A DNA stretch of 64,000 bases, from assembly GCA_951406725.2 (NCBI GenBank), contig OX597815.1:31248001-31312000 (forward strand), given 5' to 3'. Position numbers and translations under genes: made by a program. The notes beneath the pieces are model-generated. The model did not search any database. It saw only the letters and a list, made by a program, of their open reading frames with translations, and was not told the origin of the DNA. Below are positions 26,590-39,762 of this stretch, in pieces. Each line of letters starts with the position of its first letter. Positions within the stretch are counted from its first letter, which is position 1. The DNA comes from Octopus vulgaris (Eukaryota).

Positions 26590-27240
26590 TACTTACTCTT
26601 TTACGCTTTTACTTGTTTCAGTCATTTGACAGCGATCATGCTGGAGCACCGCCTTAAGTCGAGCAAATCGACCAAAGGACTTATTCTTTGTAAGCCTAGT
26701 ACTTATTCTATCGGAATCTTTTGCCGAATCGCTAAGTTACGAGGACGTAAACACACCAACATCGGTTGTCAAGCGATGATGGGGGGGACAAACGCACACA
26801 CACATATATATTTCTTTACTGCCCACAAGGGGCCAAACATAGAGAGGACAAACAAAGACAGACAAACGGATTAAGTCGATTATATCGACCCCAGTGCGTA
26901 ACTGGTACTTAATTTATCGACCCCGAAAGGATGAAAGGCAAAGTCGACCTCGGCGGAATTTGAACTCAGAACGTAACCGCAGACGAAATACGGCTACGCA
27001 TTTCGCCCGGCGTGCTAACGTTTCTGCCAGCTCGTCGATAAATTAAGTACCAGCAACACATATATATACATATACATATATACGACGGGCTTCTTTCAGT
27101 TTCCGTCTACCAAGTCCACTCACAAAGCCTTGGTCGGGCGCGGCTATAGTAGGAGACACTTGCCCAAGGTGCCACGCAGTGGGGCTGAACCTGGAACTAT
27201 GTGGTTGGTAAGCTTACCACACAGCCACTCCTGTGCCTAT
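26590..27240 (-). mobile_element. SINE-B with a young SINE-A (26809-27037, minus strand) nested in its internal microsatellite
   Basis: B tail at 26590-26800 and B head at 27055-27240, with a complete SINE-A between them. Possible TSD acacatatata. Confidence 0.88.
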
Positions 27241-27284
27241 TATTATAACAACAGAGATCTTCAATGGCTGAGTAAATTTTCAGC

Positions 27285-27600
27285 ATAGACTACTTGCTTT
27301 TCAATACACTGAAACTATTTCTTCTCACACAAAATGTTTTTCCGTTGGCATGAACCGTTTCTTTCACTTCTTGGTCCATACAAACTCGACGGCCACTTAA
27401 CCTCTAAATGTGTCTGAGTGGAAAATGACAGGTATTTCATTCAATATTAAACCACAGGTCACTATGAAGACTTTTCAGATCCCACAATAAATTAACCTGT
27501 ATTGAGTTCTCTCTGCTTTAGAAATAAGTATACTTTAGTGACGAATTGGAAGAATAAAAACTCAGTAACACATTAGTTGATAAATACTTTCTTTTTATAC
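27285..27600 (-). pseudogene. Possible Penelope-like GIY-YIG C-terminal remnant
   Basis: Degenerate 'LLWDLKS...RRVC/RLCMD...NIL' resembles PLE endonuclease C-termini. Confidence 0.3.
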
Positions 27601-27964
27601 TGACCAGGAAACCGATCTCTTTAAGTAAGTAGGGCGAGTGGTGCCGACGCATAGTCTAGAATAGTAATTTTAATCGTGTGCTGCCGAGCTCCAGAAGGAT
27701 GCACACATAATATACATATATACGTTATTGGGCAATGATTCAATGAATGAGTACTCAAAACGAACATAGAGTGGAGTAGTTTATTTGAAACTGGTCCAGC
27801 AGCCTGTTGCTTTTAAATGGCTAAATAAACTATGTATCTTTGTATACGTTAGTATACTGCTATGTATGTGTGCGTGTGTGTGTGCATGTATGTAGACTTA
27901 CATACAAACATACATACATATACATACATGCATACATATATACGTGAATATATATATATGTGTT

Positions 27965-28019
<55 letters not shown>

Positions 28020-28444
28020 CGGGAGTATGGCTTCAAACTTACAGGGAAAAATTAGATTTAGTATTAAATCAAATTTCACAGTATAAATATATAAAATATG
28101 AATTAGAGATAAAACCACTATTAGGCAACTCAAACAGTGATAGACATAAACCAATACATAAATAACAAATAATATAAATATAAATATAATTAATATAATA
28201 TATAATGTATATATATAAGTTTTTTTCCAAAAAGTATAAAAAGAATGATAAATATAAAACAATAAGTATAAGTAATATTACTTTAAAATGTAGTATCCAA
28301 ACCTTGTTTTGTATATGACCCTAGCAGTGAGCCTTGAGAGCACACCTTCCGTATGTGTGCTACTATGAACACACGCATCATACTAACACCATCCTACCAC
28401 ACAAAGTAGCGAAATGTACACATTATAACACGGTAACGTATTAT

Positions 28445-28552
28445 GTAACCTGATGAGGTTTCATCTGCCCTGTAGAGTGCATTAGATTCCATTATATCGT
28501 TCCCCACCCACTACGGAGCAGAGCAGGTGTAGGCTGAAACGATTGTCGTGCT
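28445..28552 (+). ncRNA. Hammerhead-like motif with extended stem II
   Basis: CTGATGA (28450-28456), then ggtttcatctgccctgt...gcagagcaggtgtaggct stem, then GAAAC-gatt-GTC (28536-28547). Stem I pairs poorly. Confidence 0.5.
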
Positions 28553-28619
28553 AGATTCAGCTTCCAGTGCACTCTGTCTTCCCTATCAATTATTTAATAT
28601 ATGTATATATATATTACAT

Positions 28620-28875
28620 GTGGAGGCACGTGGCTTAGTGGTTAGGGTGTCAGCATCATGATCGTAAGATTGTGGTTTCGATTCCTGGACCGGGTGACGC
28701 GTTGTGTTCTTGAGCAAAACACTTCATTTCACGTTGCTCCAGTCCACTCAGCTGGCAAGAAATGAGTAACGCTGCGATGGACTTGTGTCCCGTCCAGCTG
28801 GGGAACACATACGCCATAGAAACGGGGAAACCGGGCCCATGAGCCTAGCTAGGCTTTAAAGGGTTGCATTTATTT
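28620..28875 (+). mobile_element. SINE-C
   Basis: Near-identical to 22247-22498. Confidence 0.92.
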
Positions 28876-30374
28876 ATTATTTATTATATATATTATATAA
28901 GCAGAGAATCATTTGTGATATGCAAATATAGATGTATAGATGTATAGATTTGGCAATCACTGTACTTTGAAAGTATGAAATATACACCCTGTAACACGTG
29001 GGACTACAGAAAGCAATAGCAAATCATTTCTGCCTTTAAATCCTCGCATAATGGCCAGTCTTCATTGGAGTAAGTAGACTTATTGACCAAATTAGCATAG
29101 CCATTACTTGAATTAACGTTAACATTAAATCATGTAGGGAGTATTAAGCATGTTAATTATGTCGATGTGTGCTTGTGTGAATACAATATTGTATATTGTA
29201 TATATATTTATATATATATATATATGCATATACATATATATATATATATGTGTATGTATATATATATAGTGTATATGTATATATGCATATACCTATATAT
29301 ATATGTACATATATTTATGGGTCTGTATGTGTTTACATACATAAGGAAATATAGCCAGGGGATTTACTTAAGGATTGCAAGTAGCAAGTATATATCAGGA
29401 GACGAAACAAGCCAACTAGAATGACTCTACGTGGTTTGCTCTACCGGCTAAAAATAGTATCCTACTCTCGATCAACTCACACTTTGTTTTGGTAAAAAAT
29501 AAAGTAATAATAGAAGAATTCATAAAACAATGTAGTCCGTTGCACACCACCTAAAAAAGAACAGAGATACTGGAATTTAAAAGGTGTAGTTGAAAAGTCT
29601 TTCATAATAAGTCTGTTCATTGAAGGCCAACTTGGAACTAAACAACAAATACCTAGAATGCGATATTCTTTACATGAGGTCCATATTCTTTCGATTCATA
29701 TAACTGTTTTACCAGGATTGGCCAGGGGTTAAATTAAACAATTTTTCCGACAGCAACAAAATCGCCAAGAGATCACTTAATCCAGATGTTATGACAAGAT
29801 CTGCAGTTTATATTGTTTAAAAGAAGATAACTTGAATCACGACTAAATTCACCACAGTATTCGACTATTATATAGGATATTGATTACTGGAAGAATGATA
29901 AGCTTAATCCGGGCTTACGTTACCTTCGGTTTTCAGCTTTTGCTGAATTTGAAGAGGCTCTGGCGTGACATTTTCCGAGTCTAAGGAGTCGATCTCACAC
30001 AAAATCTGACTAGAGCCAATTTTCTCCAGAAAGAGAGACACATAAATTGATACCCTAAAGGCGGTGCTCCAGCATGGCCACAGTCAAAATGACTGAAACA
30101 AGTAAAAGAGTAAAAGAGTAATGCAATAAACAAGGCCTGAAAGATTGCTTTGTGACGCATAGCATATTCTACAAATATAACCGTTCAGGTATCATAAAAA
30201 CATGAAACTGTTAGGTTCTTCGGTTGTTTATCAAATTGATATTTATCTCTCACTTGATGGAGTACATTTTTTGTTGATTCTACCTCTACTGGATATATGT
30301 GCGTATGTGCATGTGCGTGTGTATACATACATATGTGTATAAGGGAAATACAACGTAACACCACACTCCATCTC

Positions 30375-30650
30375 AAAACACTACCATATATATCAACTCA
30401 CAACCCTAGAAACAAGAATCTACCTATTTTTATTAGGGATCCGAAATTTAACAGCATTCTGAAATCACATAAATTTATCAAATGCAAAAAGCAACACAAA
30501 TCGCTGAAAAGAAGCTTACACAACAACCAGGAAACCAATGGTTAAAAAATGTGGACGCCCAAACTCTGGAACATGTCCCAACCTACTGGAAGGCTCGGAA
30601 TTCCTATTCAAACAAGGTGAGAAGTTCACAATTAAAACCAACTTCACGTG
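30375..30650 (+). pseudogene. Penelope-like element fragment (RT thumb/linker leading to GIY-YIG)
   Basis: 'TLPYISTHNPRN...FIKCKKQHKSLKR' and 'KKCGRPN(S)GTCPNL...FTIKTNFT' match the Cys-rich linker preceding the PLE GIY-YIG endonuclease. Confidence 0.7.
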
Positions 30651-30659
30651 GTTTAATAT

Positions 30660-30870
30660 ATTTGTCCCTCTGTCCCAAATAACAATATCTGGCGTGTTAT
30701 GCTTACATTTGACAGTAGTTTTGAGTTGGTATTTATGAATGTATTCCATAACAGTGGGATTTTCTAAGTTTATTTCAGGACAGTCTTTTTTGCGGATGGC
30801 ATTGTAAATTGTTTTAGCTACAACATCGTGCCGCATCGGGAGGTAGTACTGTGACGACATTTTAGGACAT
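30660..30870 (-). mobile_element. R4/Dong-like RLE endonuclease fragment
   Basis: 'CPKMSSQYYLPMRHDVVAKTIYNAI...KCKHNTPDIVIWD' contains the RHD and PD motifs. Confidence 0.8.
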
Positions 30871-30959
30871 TAATATATTTATTAATATATGCATTAATAT
30901 ATTTATTTTTGCTGCTGTTGTTTAGCAAGTGCTGCCTGAGTGATACCATACGGTGTGTA

Positions 30960-31048
<89 letters not shown>

Positions 31049-31089
31049 CTGTGTACAATCTATTCATTTCCCCCTACCTATATATCAGC

Positions 31090-31634
31090 ATAAGTACATT
31101 AGAAACTAGTTTCAACTAAAAAAATAATTAATTTTCAGTTCTAATTTTAATTCTTAATCCTTCATTTCGTACCATTTAATTGCTATCATGTTTAAAATGC
31201 AATTTTAAATATCTGCACTAAACTATTATCCTTATTAGCCTTACTTAGGTTGGCCTCCCACTCTCAATCTAGTGAAACTTCAATATTTAACCCCTGGCCC
31301 TCATACCATACAGACATATATATATATATATTCATTACATTTACTTTCATTTATTTTTAATTTATTTTTTACCCTCCCACGTTTATCTCATTTTATTTTT
31401 ATTCCACTTCTCCTCTCTCACTTTCTCCTCTCTCACTTTCTCCTCTCTCCCACACACACATACGCTCACAAAACCCATTCATAATATATCTATCATTACC
31501 TTATTTTTATTTTATCTTAATATTTTTTATTATTATTTTTATTTATATTTTATTCTTACCTCTTACTTCTATATTTAATTTCTACCGTTTACCACTAAAT
31601 TTATATTCCTTTCTCCTATCTTTCTCTCTCCCTT

Positions 31635-31674
<40 letters not shown>

Positions 31675-32045
31675 CGCAATCACAAAACCCATTTATGTCC
31701 ATCGTAATTTCTATATACACATATACAATATGAATACATCATTCAAAATACTTCCAAAATACTGCCTGGATTTATCTGGGAAGTACCGACCAACATCTAT
31801 ATCCCCGGGGAAAAGATGAGTAGTGAACACTATTCTCCTGTCTATAATTTTACTCTTTACTCTTCTATCTTATTCCTTTTAAACTGTAAATTCTTCCACG
31901 GCTAAAATATTCATACCTTGTCTCTGGTGACGGAATACCCAGTGCACAGACATGCTAACCTACCACTTGGGTTATCCCAGAAACGGCTTTAACTCTTCAA
32001 ATTAAATTATTCTAAATGACTTTAGATACTCGTTCTGCCTTGGTT
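31090..32045 (+). mobile_element. Putative Penelope-like terminal region with decayed hammerhead at 31921-31990
   Basis: ctCTGgTGAc-ggaatacccagtg...cacttgggttatcc-caGAAAC; internal direct repeat catacgc(t/aa)cacaaaacccatt. Confidence 0.35.
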
Positions 32046-32089
32046 TTGTTTTTTTTCTATTATATAACACACACACACACACACACACG

Positions 32090-32131
<42 letters not shown>

Positions 32132-32296
32132 GTGGAGGCGCAATGCTGTACTCTTTCGCCACAACTTTCTCTCACTCTTTCTTCTGTTGGCCTGCTCGCA
32201 TACCCAGCGGGGTGGCGTCATTTGAAGGGTAAAACAATGCGAAGCGCATTGTAACCAGAGATATGTAGCAACATCTGATCACGGTGATCAAGGTGA
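32132..32296 (+). mobile_element. Internally deleted SINE-D with RTE-like tail
   Basis: gtggaggcgcaatg joined directly to ctgtactctttcgccac; tail as in 9840-10153. Confidence 0.8.
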
Positions 32297-32305
32297 TATA
32301 TATAT

Positions 32306-32342
<37 letters not shown>

Positions 32343-32713
32343 AACTATCTCTGTTACGATACCGGTACTATATCCATCGACCCTGAAAAAATGAAAAAAA
32401 AAATTGATCTTGGCAGTATGTCGCAAAACAATCATCCAGTGATCTAACGACTCGGCCAATCCCCTGTCTGTAATCCAAGTTTATATCGAACTGAAAGTTG
32501 TGAGATGAACTCAAATATACATAGTAAATAACTAGTCTAAGCTTCAGCAGCTTACGTCAGCAAAGTCCCCCTTCGCACAAGACAATATGAGTAATATTTT
32601 AGGAAATTGTTGCTGACGGATGACAAACGACTGTTAGGTCAACCGGATACTAATGGAGCGTATATAACATACAACAAACGCGTTCGCACATACAAGTTAA
32701 CATGAAGAAAAAG

Positions 32714-32715
<2 letters not shown>

Positions 32716-32774
<59 letters not shown>

Positions 32775-32915
32775 GGTAGGTATGTAGGTATGTAGGTATG
32801 TATTTATGTATGTATGTATGCATTTATGTATGTATGTATGTATGTATGTATGTATGTATGTATGTATGCACGAACGTTTGTATGTATGGACGTACGTCCG
32901 TACATACATATATAC

Positions 32916-32964
<49 letters not shown>

Positions 32965-33890
32965 GCACGTGCATATATAGGTGTATGTATGTATGTATAT
33001 GAGTGTGTGTGTCTGTGTAAGTGTCTGTGTGTGTGTATTATATATGCACGTGCGCAGGCACACACAAACACACATACACACGTATATATGTATGTACGGA
33101 CGTACGTAGATACATACAAACATACGTGTATACTTACATACATACATACATACATACACACATACATTCTTACATACATAAATGCATACATACATATATA
33201 CATGCATACAAACATACATACATACATACATACATACATACAAACATGCATGCATACATACATACATACATACAAACATACATACATACATACATACATA
33301 AATGCATACATACATACATACATACATACATACATACATACATACATACATGCATACAAACATACATACATACATACATGCATACATACAAACATGCATG
33401 CATACATACATACATACATACAAACATACATACATACATACATACATACATACATACATACATACATACATACATACATACATACTTACATGCATATGTA
33501 CAAAGATATAGGCAGACACGCGAACACACATACAGGCGGATATGCACACATGTGCTGAAACGCATATTTATCCAAATACAAAATAGGTATCTCTCTAGTC
33601 GTATTATACTATTTATCTATCTATCAAGCTATCAATATTTATTTTTTCTCATTCTTTGTAGCTCTGTCGCTCATACATATGTACATACATACATACATAC
33701 ATGCATACATACATACATACATACATACATACATACATACATACATACATACAAACATACATACATACATACAAACATACATACATACATACATACATAG
33801 ATACATACATACATACATACATACATAGATACATACATACATACATACATACATACATACATACATACATACATACATACATACAAACCA
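32716..33890. repeat. Large (TA)n/(TATG)n/(TACA)n compound microsatellite containing an inverted duplication
   Basis: ~32760-32980 mirrors ~33040-33250 (acgtacgtccgtacatacatatatacgtgtg / cacacgtatatatgtatgtacggacgtacgt). Confidence 0.85.
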
Positions 33891-34275
33891 TCTTACAAAC
33901 AATAACTCTGAGCACCTTTTCAAATTCCACCCGTCTAACACCCGTTGGCATATTTACAAAGTCAGAAAACAGCACAGCTCCCATGACTTTAGGAAACATT
34001 TTTTCACGCTGAGAGTTGCTGAAGCATGGAACAAACTGCCGGCATCAGTCGTTAGTTGTCGGAGCACTGCATCCTTCAAAACTTCCATGCTTTCTGAGAT
34101 TCGCCAACACTACACCTGATTTCCTCCCCTCCATACACACACAAGCATGTATCTGACTCATACATTGTTTGCTTTCCAGACATTTTTACATTACTGCATA
34201 TACTCTATATGCACTTTCTGACAAGCTGTGGTGCACCTGAGCACTGTATACCATAATTTCATTATTTTATTTTAT
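33885..34275 (+). mobile_element. CR1-clade LINE 3' end
   Basis: 'NHLTNNNSEHLFKFHPSNTR-HIYKVRKQHSSHDFRKHFFTLRVAEAWNKLPASVVSCRSTASFK' is a typical CR1 ORF2 C-terminus, followed by a 3' UTR ending in an att-rich tail. Confidence 0.85.
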
Positions 34276-34356
34276 ACATACATACATACCTACATACATA
34301 CATACATACATGCAAACATACATACATACATACATACATACATACATACACACATA

Positions 34357-35300
34357 CAGACTGACAGGCAAACTTTGCAGAGTTAACACCGAAGATTATC
34401 ACTCACATAATATACAGTTGTCCGAAAATGTCTTGGTGTTATCTACCGATGTTGTTGTAGCTAGGACACTCTATAATGAAATCCATCGGAAGTATAACCT
34501 CGAAGACAAAGAAATAAGAACTCACAGTTTGGTAGAAGCCATAGCCTCTCATAATAAAAAGGTGTACTGGTAGAACATCCCAGTGAAAAAGAGATTACAT
34601 ATGCTGAACTATTGAGAAATCTGCAGTTACTCTATCCAGGTTACAAGTTCAGGTTTATACCTGTAACTCTTAGGCTATTGGGATATGTAACACACTGCCT
34701 AAATACCAGTCTTGAGGAATTAGGCTTCTCAAAACCAGAAAGGAGAAAGCTGATTCCAAAACTACAGATCCAATCCATTACTGGAACTGTCAAAATCTGT
34801 AAACTTTCCCCGAAGTTTATATATGAGCATGTCTATATATGCAACTATATGCATGACAATACACGCATAAAACAAAACATTCAAATCTGCACTTATAAGT
34901 ACATGCATAAAAACATACATATATACATACATAAATAGATACATACATACATAAATACATACATACATACATACATACATACATACATAAATACATACAT
35001 ACATATATACATAAATACATACATACATACATACATAAATAAATACATACATAAATACATTCATACATACATACATAATTACATACATACATAAATACAT
35101 ACATACATATATACATACATACATACATACATACATACATACATACATACATACATACATACATACATACATACATACATACATACATACATAGAAAATA
35201 CCCTATCGTTGATGTTGAAATTCCAATGAAGGTGCCTTGGACTAGGTTAGAAACCGAATCTTTCTCTACTGGCAAGAAATCTTGAAATAAGTGAATAATG
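34357..35300 (+). mobile_element. R4/Dong-type LINE 3' part
   Basis: 'KLCRVNTED...DVVVARTLYNEI' and 'LRNLQLLYPGYKFRFIPV...GTVKICK'. 3' UTR with expanded (TACA)n; 5' end abuts (TACA)n. Confidence 0.85.
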
Positions 35301-36317
35301 GCATACACACACATACACACACAGACATGCGTTGATGGAAATCGGTTTTAGGAACTAAGTATACAGGCATCTAAGATTTATTCTAAAAGATAACCCAGAG
35401 AACCACCAGGAATGCTGACATTTTAAAATTTCCGTTTAGCTTTTGGTATGCTTACTCATCCCAACTAATGCTGTAATGTACTTCATTCGTAATCAACATC
35501 TTACAATAGTTCACGGGTCTCATGCCTTTTTATGAATCTAACATTCATAACTGCTCTTGTATTTGACGAAGCTCCAACACAAAAGCTTCCCCCATATTAC
35601 CTCTAAGCCAAAATACTATCTACTTGATTGTTCACAGCTTCGCAACTTATGATCAGATAGCTATATTCAGATATTCAGAGGTGAGTAGTAAAAAATCTCA
35701 ACAACTGGTTTGTTGAGATCTCGAAATCATAAGCACCAGCCCTATTTAGCAAAAATCCAAATTCAGCAAAAAAATATTTGGTAACCGCTTAAAAATTCAT
35801 ATGATATTGAACATTAGCGTACCAAATTAATTATGAACTATTTTGATTATGGAATATTTCTGTTCTTTTAATACTTTCTTGAATACACTTAAGTTCTTTA
35901 AATATAATCATAGATATTGAATTATCAATGGTTTGTGTCTGCTTGATAGCCATGAATATATATGAAATTAAATTTTAAAATAATCTATACAGAGAAGACT
36001 AAATCAATGAGCATTTAAAGAAGGTAGTATTGTATTATCAAAAGAAATAACGATTATATTCTTAATTTATGAACAGCAAATCAATGATACAGAAGAAATC
36101 AAAGAACGTTCTATTTACGTATAGAATTAAGATCGTGTTCAAAAGTTCGACTTAACTATTACATGTAAAGATAACATGGTATCGTCTCAAGTAAGATTGT
36201 TTAAAAATATTTGATGTACCATTCATCCGGTTCAATTTTTTGTTGACAAGAAACCAAAATGACTGAAAACAATGCTTGTATATATCATGGTTAGCGGTAC
36301 GGACAAAACTCCAACTT

Positions 36318-36599
36318 GTAATCGCGATACCCTCCTCCCACCTCCACTTCCTAACTGGCACAAACGCACGGGCGGGCAGCTGAAGACCTGGGCAACGACG
36401 ATAAAGGAGGACCTCTCCGAACTCTCAGGTCCGCAGGTGGTCGGTCTGCACAGATGGAACCGCGAATGGCTCGCTATCTCCAGTGACCTCGCACAGGACC
36501 GTCGAGCGTGGCCGTCATGGTTCGTGATGCCGTTAGGACTAGAGAAGAAGCCGGCTCAACCTGCCCTGGGTGAACGCCGTCACAAGTACAAGTAAGTAA

Positions 36600-36600
<1 letters not shown>
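36318..36600 (+). mobile_element. RTE-clade LINE 3' fragment
   Basis: 'PPPLPNWHKRTGGQLKTWATTIKEDL...DLAQDRRAW'; (AAGT)n tail. Confidence 0.85.
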
Positions 36601-36669
<69 letters not shown>

Positions 36670-36678
<9 letters not shown>

Positions 36679-37046
36679 GAGACTGGTAACGGCTCGAAGA
36701 GTCAAGGAAAGGTCAATGCTTGGTATCTCGTTGAGAGAGCACATCAGTAGCGAGATCATCAGAAAGAAGTCTGGCGTGAGGGATGTCATCGCAGAGTATA
36801 CACGCAGCAAGTTTAGATGGGCTGGACACGTCGCCCGGCTCACCGATAATCGGTGGACTCGCGCAGTTGTCGAGTGGTACCCGCGCGAGCGGAAACGACC
36901 ACTCGAAAGGCCTCCACGACGGTGGAGTTACGATTTCAGGAGGATGATTGGGATCACGTGGATGAGAAAGGCGCGATCCAGAGAGGAGTGGACAGCTGTG
37001 ACCGGCGGTGACAAATGGACGCCTGATGGATTGGTCGGTCAAGGTT
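36670..37046 (+). mobile_element. Second RTE-clade LINE 3' fragment
   Basis: 'ERSMLGISLREHI...KFRWAGHVARLTDNRWTRAVVEWYPRERKRPLERPPRRW'; ends in (TA)n. Confidence 0.9.
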
Positions 37047-37922
37047 ATATATATATATATAACATAGGTACAAGAGCTGCAAATTTCTCGTTAGTTCTCC
37101 ATGGATGTTCTTTTTATCCCCAATTTTGTCGAGGCATTCACATCCACTGGGCAGCTCGTCTTTCCAACAGTGCATGATTTTTGCTCGACTTCACATACAA
37201 CAATGGCATATTGTGTACATAGAAAGAGTTGCTGCTTTCATAGGATTTTCCAGCAGTATTCTTTATTTTCGAAGGTATGGATATATTCTGGTTCTAGTGA
37301 ACCCTTAGTATAAAATTAGGATAGTCCTTCCTGCGGATAGCATTCTAAATGGGTTTTAGCCCCAGTAACGTACTTTATGGGTAAGTAGTATCTTGTGAAC
37401 TATACTGATGATGAGAGATGGATGATATCTTCTGCACAATCGACATTTTCTGTCACAATGTGGAGATTTAGAGGCTTCATTATCTTTATTATTAATTACA
37501 CATTTAATAGCTATCTCCTATTCCTAGATAACAAGGCTGTAGCGTTATAAGTGAAATGTTATGTATGAATCACAAGTCGAGGAGATGCTACTATTCCAGT
37601 CATTGCTATTGGTGTCCTCCAGCTTGTACCGATGCATAACTTTCTACTGGTATTATGGCTGTTTCTTTACAAAGTTTCTGTTTCAGTAGGTTAGCTCAGC
37701 TATCTTTGTTTTCCATGGAACAGCTATACATACACTCATTGTAACTGCTCAGGACTTCTTCATCTAGTCGCATGGTGTTATTATTTTTGCCGTTAATTAC
37801 ACAAATATTGCTGTCATTTCCCTCTTTTCAGTTGATGTTGTTTAACTGATACGATGCAGCTCTCGAAGACCGCCTGAACTAAACTTTTCCTTTACCTCTG
37901 TCCCCCCGTTTAACATAAAGCA

Positions 37923-38308
37923 GGAGGCGCAATGGCCTAGTGGTTAGGGCAGCGGACTCGCGGTCATAAGATCGCGGTTTCGATTCCCAGACCGGGCGTT
38001 GTGAGTGTTTATTGAGCGAAATCACCTAAAGCTCCACGAGGCTCCGGCAGGGGATGGTGGTGATCCCTGCTGTACTCTTTCACCACAACTTTCTCTCACT
38101 CTTACTTCCTGTTTCTGTTGTACTTGTATTTCAATGGGCCGGCCTTGTCACTCTCTGTGTCACGCTGAATATCCCCGAGAACTACGTTAAGGGTACACGT
38201 GTCTGTGCAGTGCTCAGCCACTTGCACGTTAATTTCACGAGAAAGCTGTTCCGTTGATTCGGATCAACCGGAACCCTCGTCGTCGTAACCGACGAAGTGC
38301 TTCCATCC
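37923..38308 (+). mobile_element. SINE-D full length with 11-bp TSD
   Basis: TSD aacataaagca; tRNA-Arg-like head; Deu/Nin-like 3' domain. Confidence 0.92.
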
Positions 38309-38779
38309 AACATAAAGCAATTTCACTGCTGATGTGGACGTAATCAGTAGTTGTTAATATCTTTCTAGCTTTGATGCCCAAACTGTAGATTTCTTTCTCT
38401 TCCGTCGGTATTCTAATTATTTGTACAAGTACTGGTACAGAGAAATCGTTATGGGGCATCTAATATCTACGCCAATTTCGAGCTACTTCCAACATTCCTA
38501 ATTGGAGATAGTGAGTGAAGGACATGCAATTAATATCCATATTCCTCACATGGACAATAATCTTTCCTCGTTTGATGACCAAATAAGCTCCAGTGAGAAG
38601 GTTAAGCCAGTTCAGTTTCTTTATGTCACGAATATTATTTGAATACATCTTAAGGTCATCAACACAAAAGATGTGTGAGGCATTAATTTACTCTCTTTTG
38701 CAGATCCTGTCAAGTATCCTTTGCATTTTGTTAACAAGACTGACAAAAGATTCACTGCTTGAACGAAAAGCATTTTAAA

Positions 38780-38985
38780 TCAAGCGGTCAGAATCGTTAG
38801 CACGCCGAGCAAAATGCTTAACGGTGTTTCGTAAGGTCTTTACGTTCTGAATTCAAATTCCACCAAGGTCGACATTCGGAGTCGATAAAATAAATACCAG
38901 TTGATCACTGGGGGTCGATGTAATCGACTTAGTTCTTCCCACTAAATAGCTGGCCCTGTGCCAATATTTGAAACCAACATAATTT
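38780..38985 (+). mobile_element. SINE-A, older subfamily
   Basis: cagaatcgttagcacgccg...ggggtcgatgtaatcgactt, followed by the alternative tail ggccctgtgccaatatttgaaac. Confidence 0.8.
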
Positions 38986-39464
38986 TGTTAATGACTATAA
39001 TTGTAGTTTCGATTCCTGTCGATAGCACTTTAGCTCATGTTGTAGTCAATCACTTAATGGATTGGACTATAGTAGTTGGAACCTTGGCAAGGCTTAGTAC
39101 CTCTATTGTCCATGAGCGAAGGATAGAGCCAAGCAACTTCTAACAGTCAAGTCATATAGTCTGTAGACTTCGGTGGGACTGCATCGAATCATTTAGAACA
39201 GTTTTGTTGATGAGAAGCTATCAGTACAGACTAGGTCTCTACTCTTTCCTCGTGCCTGCTCATCACATCAGTCACCAGGTTGTTTCGCCAAGGTCCTGGT
39301 GAAAGCATTCAAGCAACCTCTCCACAGTTTATACATATGATTGAAGCTCGGCATGGACCTGTAGTTTTTGACGCTATAAGTATGCTACACTCAGTTTGTC
39401 AGACACTTCGAGTTTACCGTCTATTGTCTGCTTTTTTTTAACAAGTTAGCAACGACTTTCTTAT

Positions 39465-39762
39465 GGAGACACATGGCCTAGTGGTTAGAGCAGCGGACTT
39501 GCGGTCGAGGAATCGCGGGTTCGAAACTCAGACCGGGCGATGTGTGTGTTTATGAGCGAAACACCTAAGCTCCACGCGGCTCCGGCAGAAAGTAATGACG
39601 AACTTCTGCTGACTCTTTCGCCAAAACTTTCTCTCACTCTTTCCTCCTGCATCTTGCAGCTCACCTGCGACGGACCGGCGTCCCGTCCAGGTGGGGAACC
39701 TATACGCCAAGGAAACCGGGAAACCGGCCCTTATGAGTCAGGCATGGCTCGAGAAGGAACAA
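39465..39762 (+). mobile_element. Chimeric SINE: family-D head with family-C tail
   Basis: Head ggcctagtggttagagcagcggacttgcgg; tail gcgacggaccggcgtcccgtccaggtggggaacctatacgcc...ggaaaccgggaaaccggccc. TSD gcaa(c/g)gactttctt. Confidence 0.85.

Noticed and set aside
32697-33999. Long ORFs of 240-260 aa (MYVC/HTYI repeats)
   Set aside because: These are translations of (TATG)n/(CATA)n microsatellites, which lack stops. The same applies to ORFs at 10475-11440, 42740-43504, 45477-46737 and 51358-51917.
35380-35700. Very decayed CR1-like RT fragment
   Set aside because: Only faint motif resemblance; too degenerate to support by eye.
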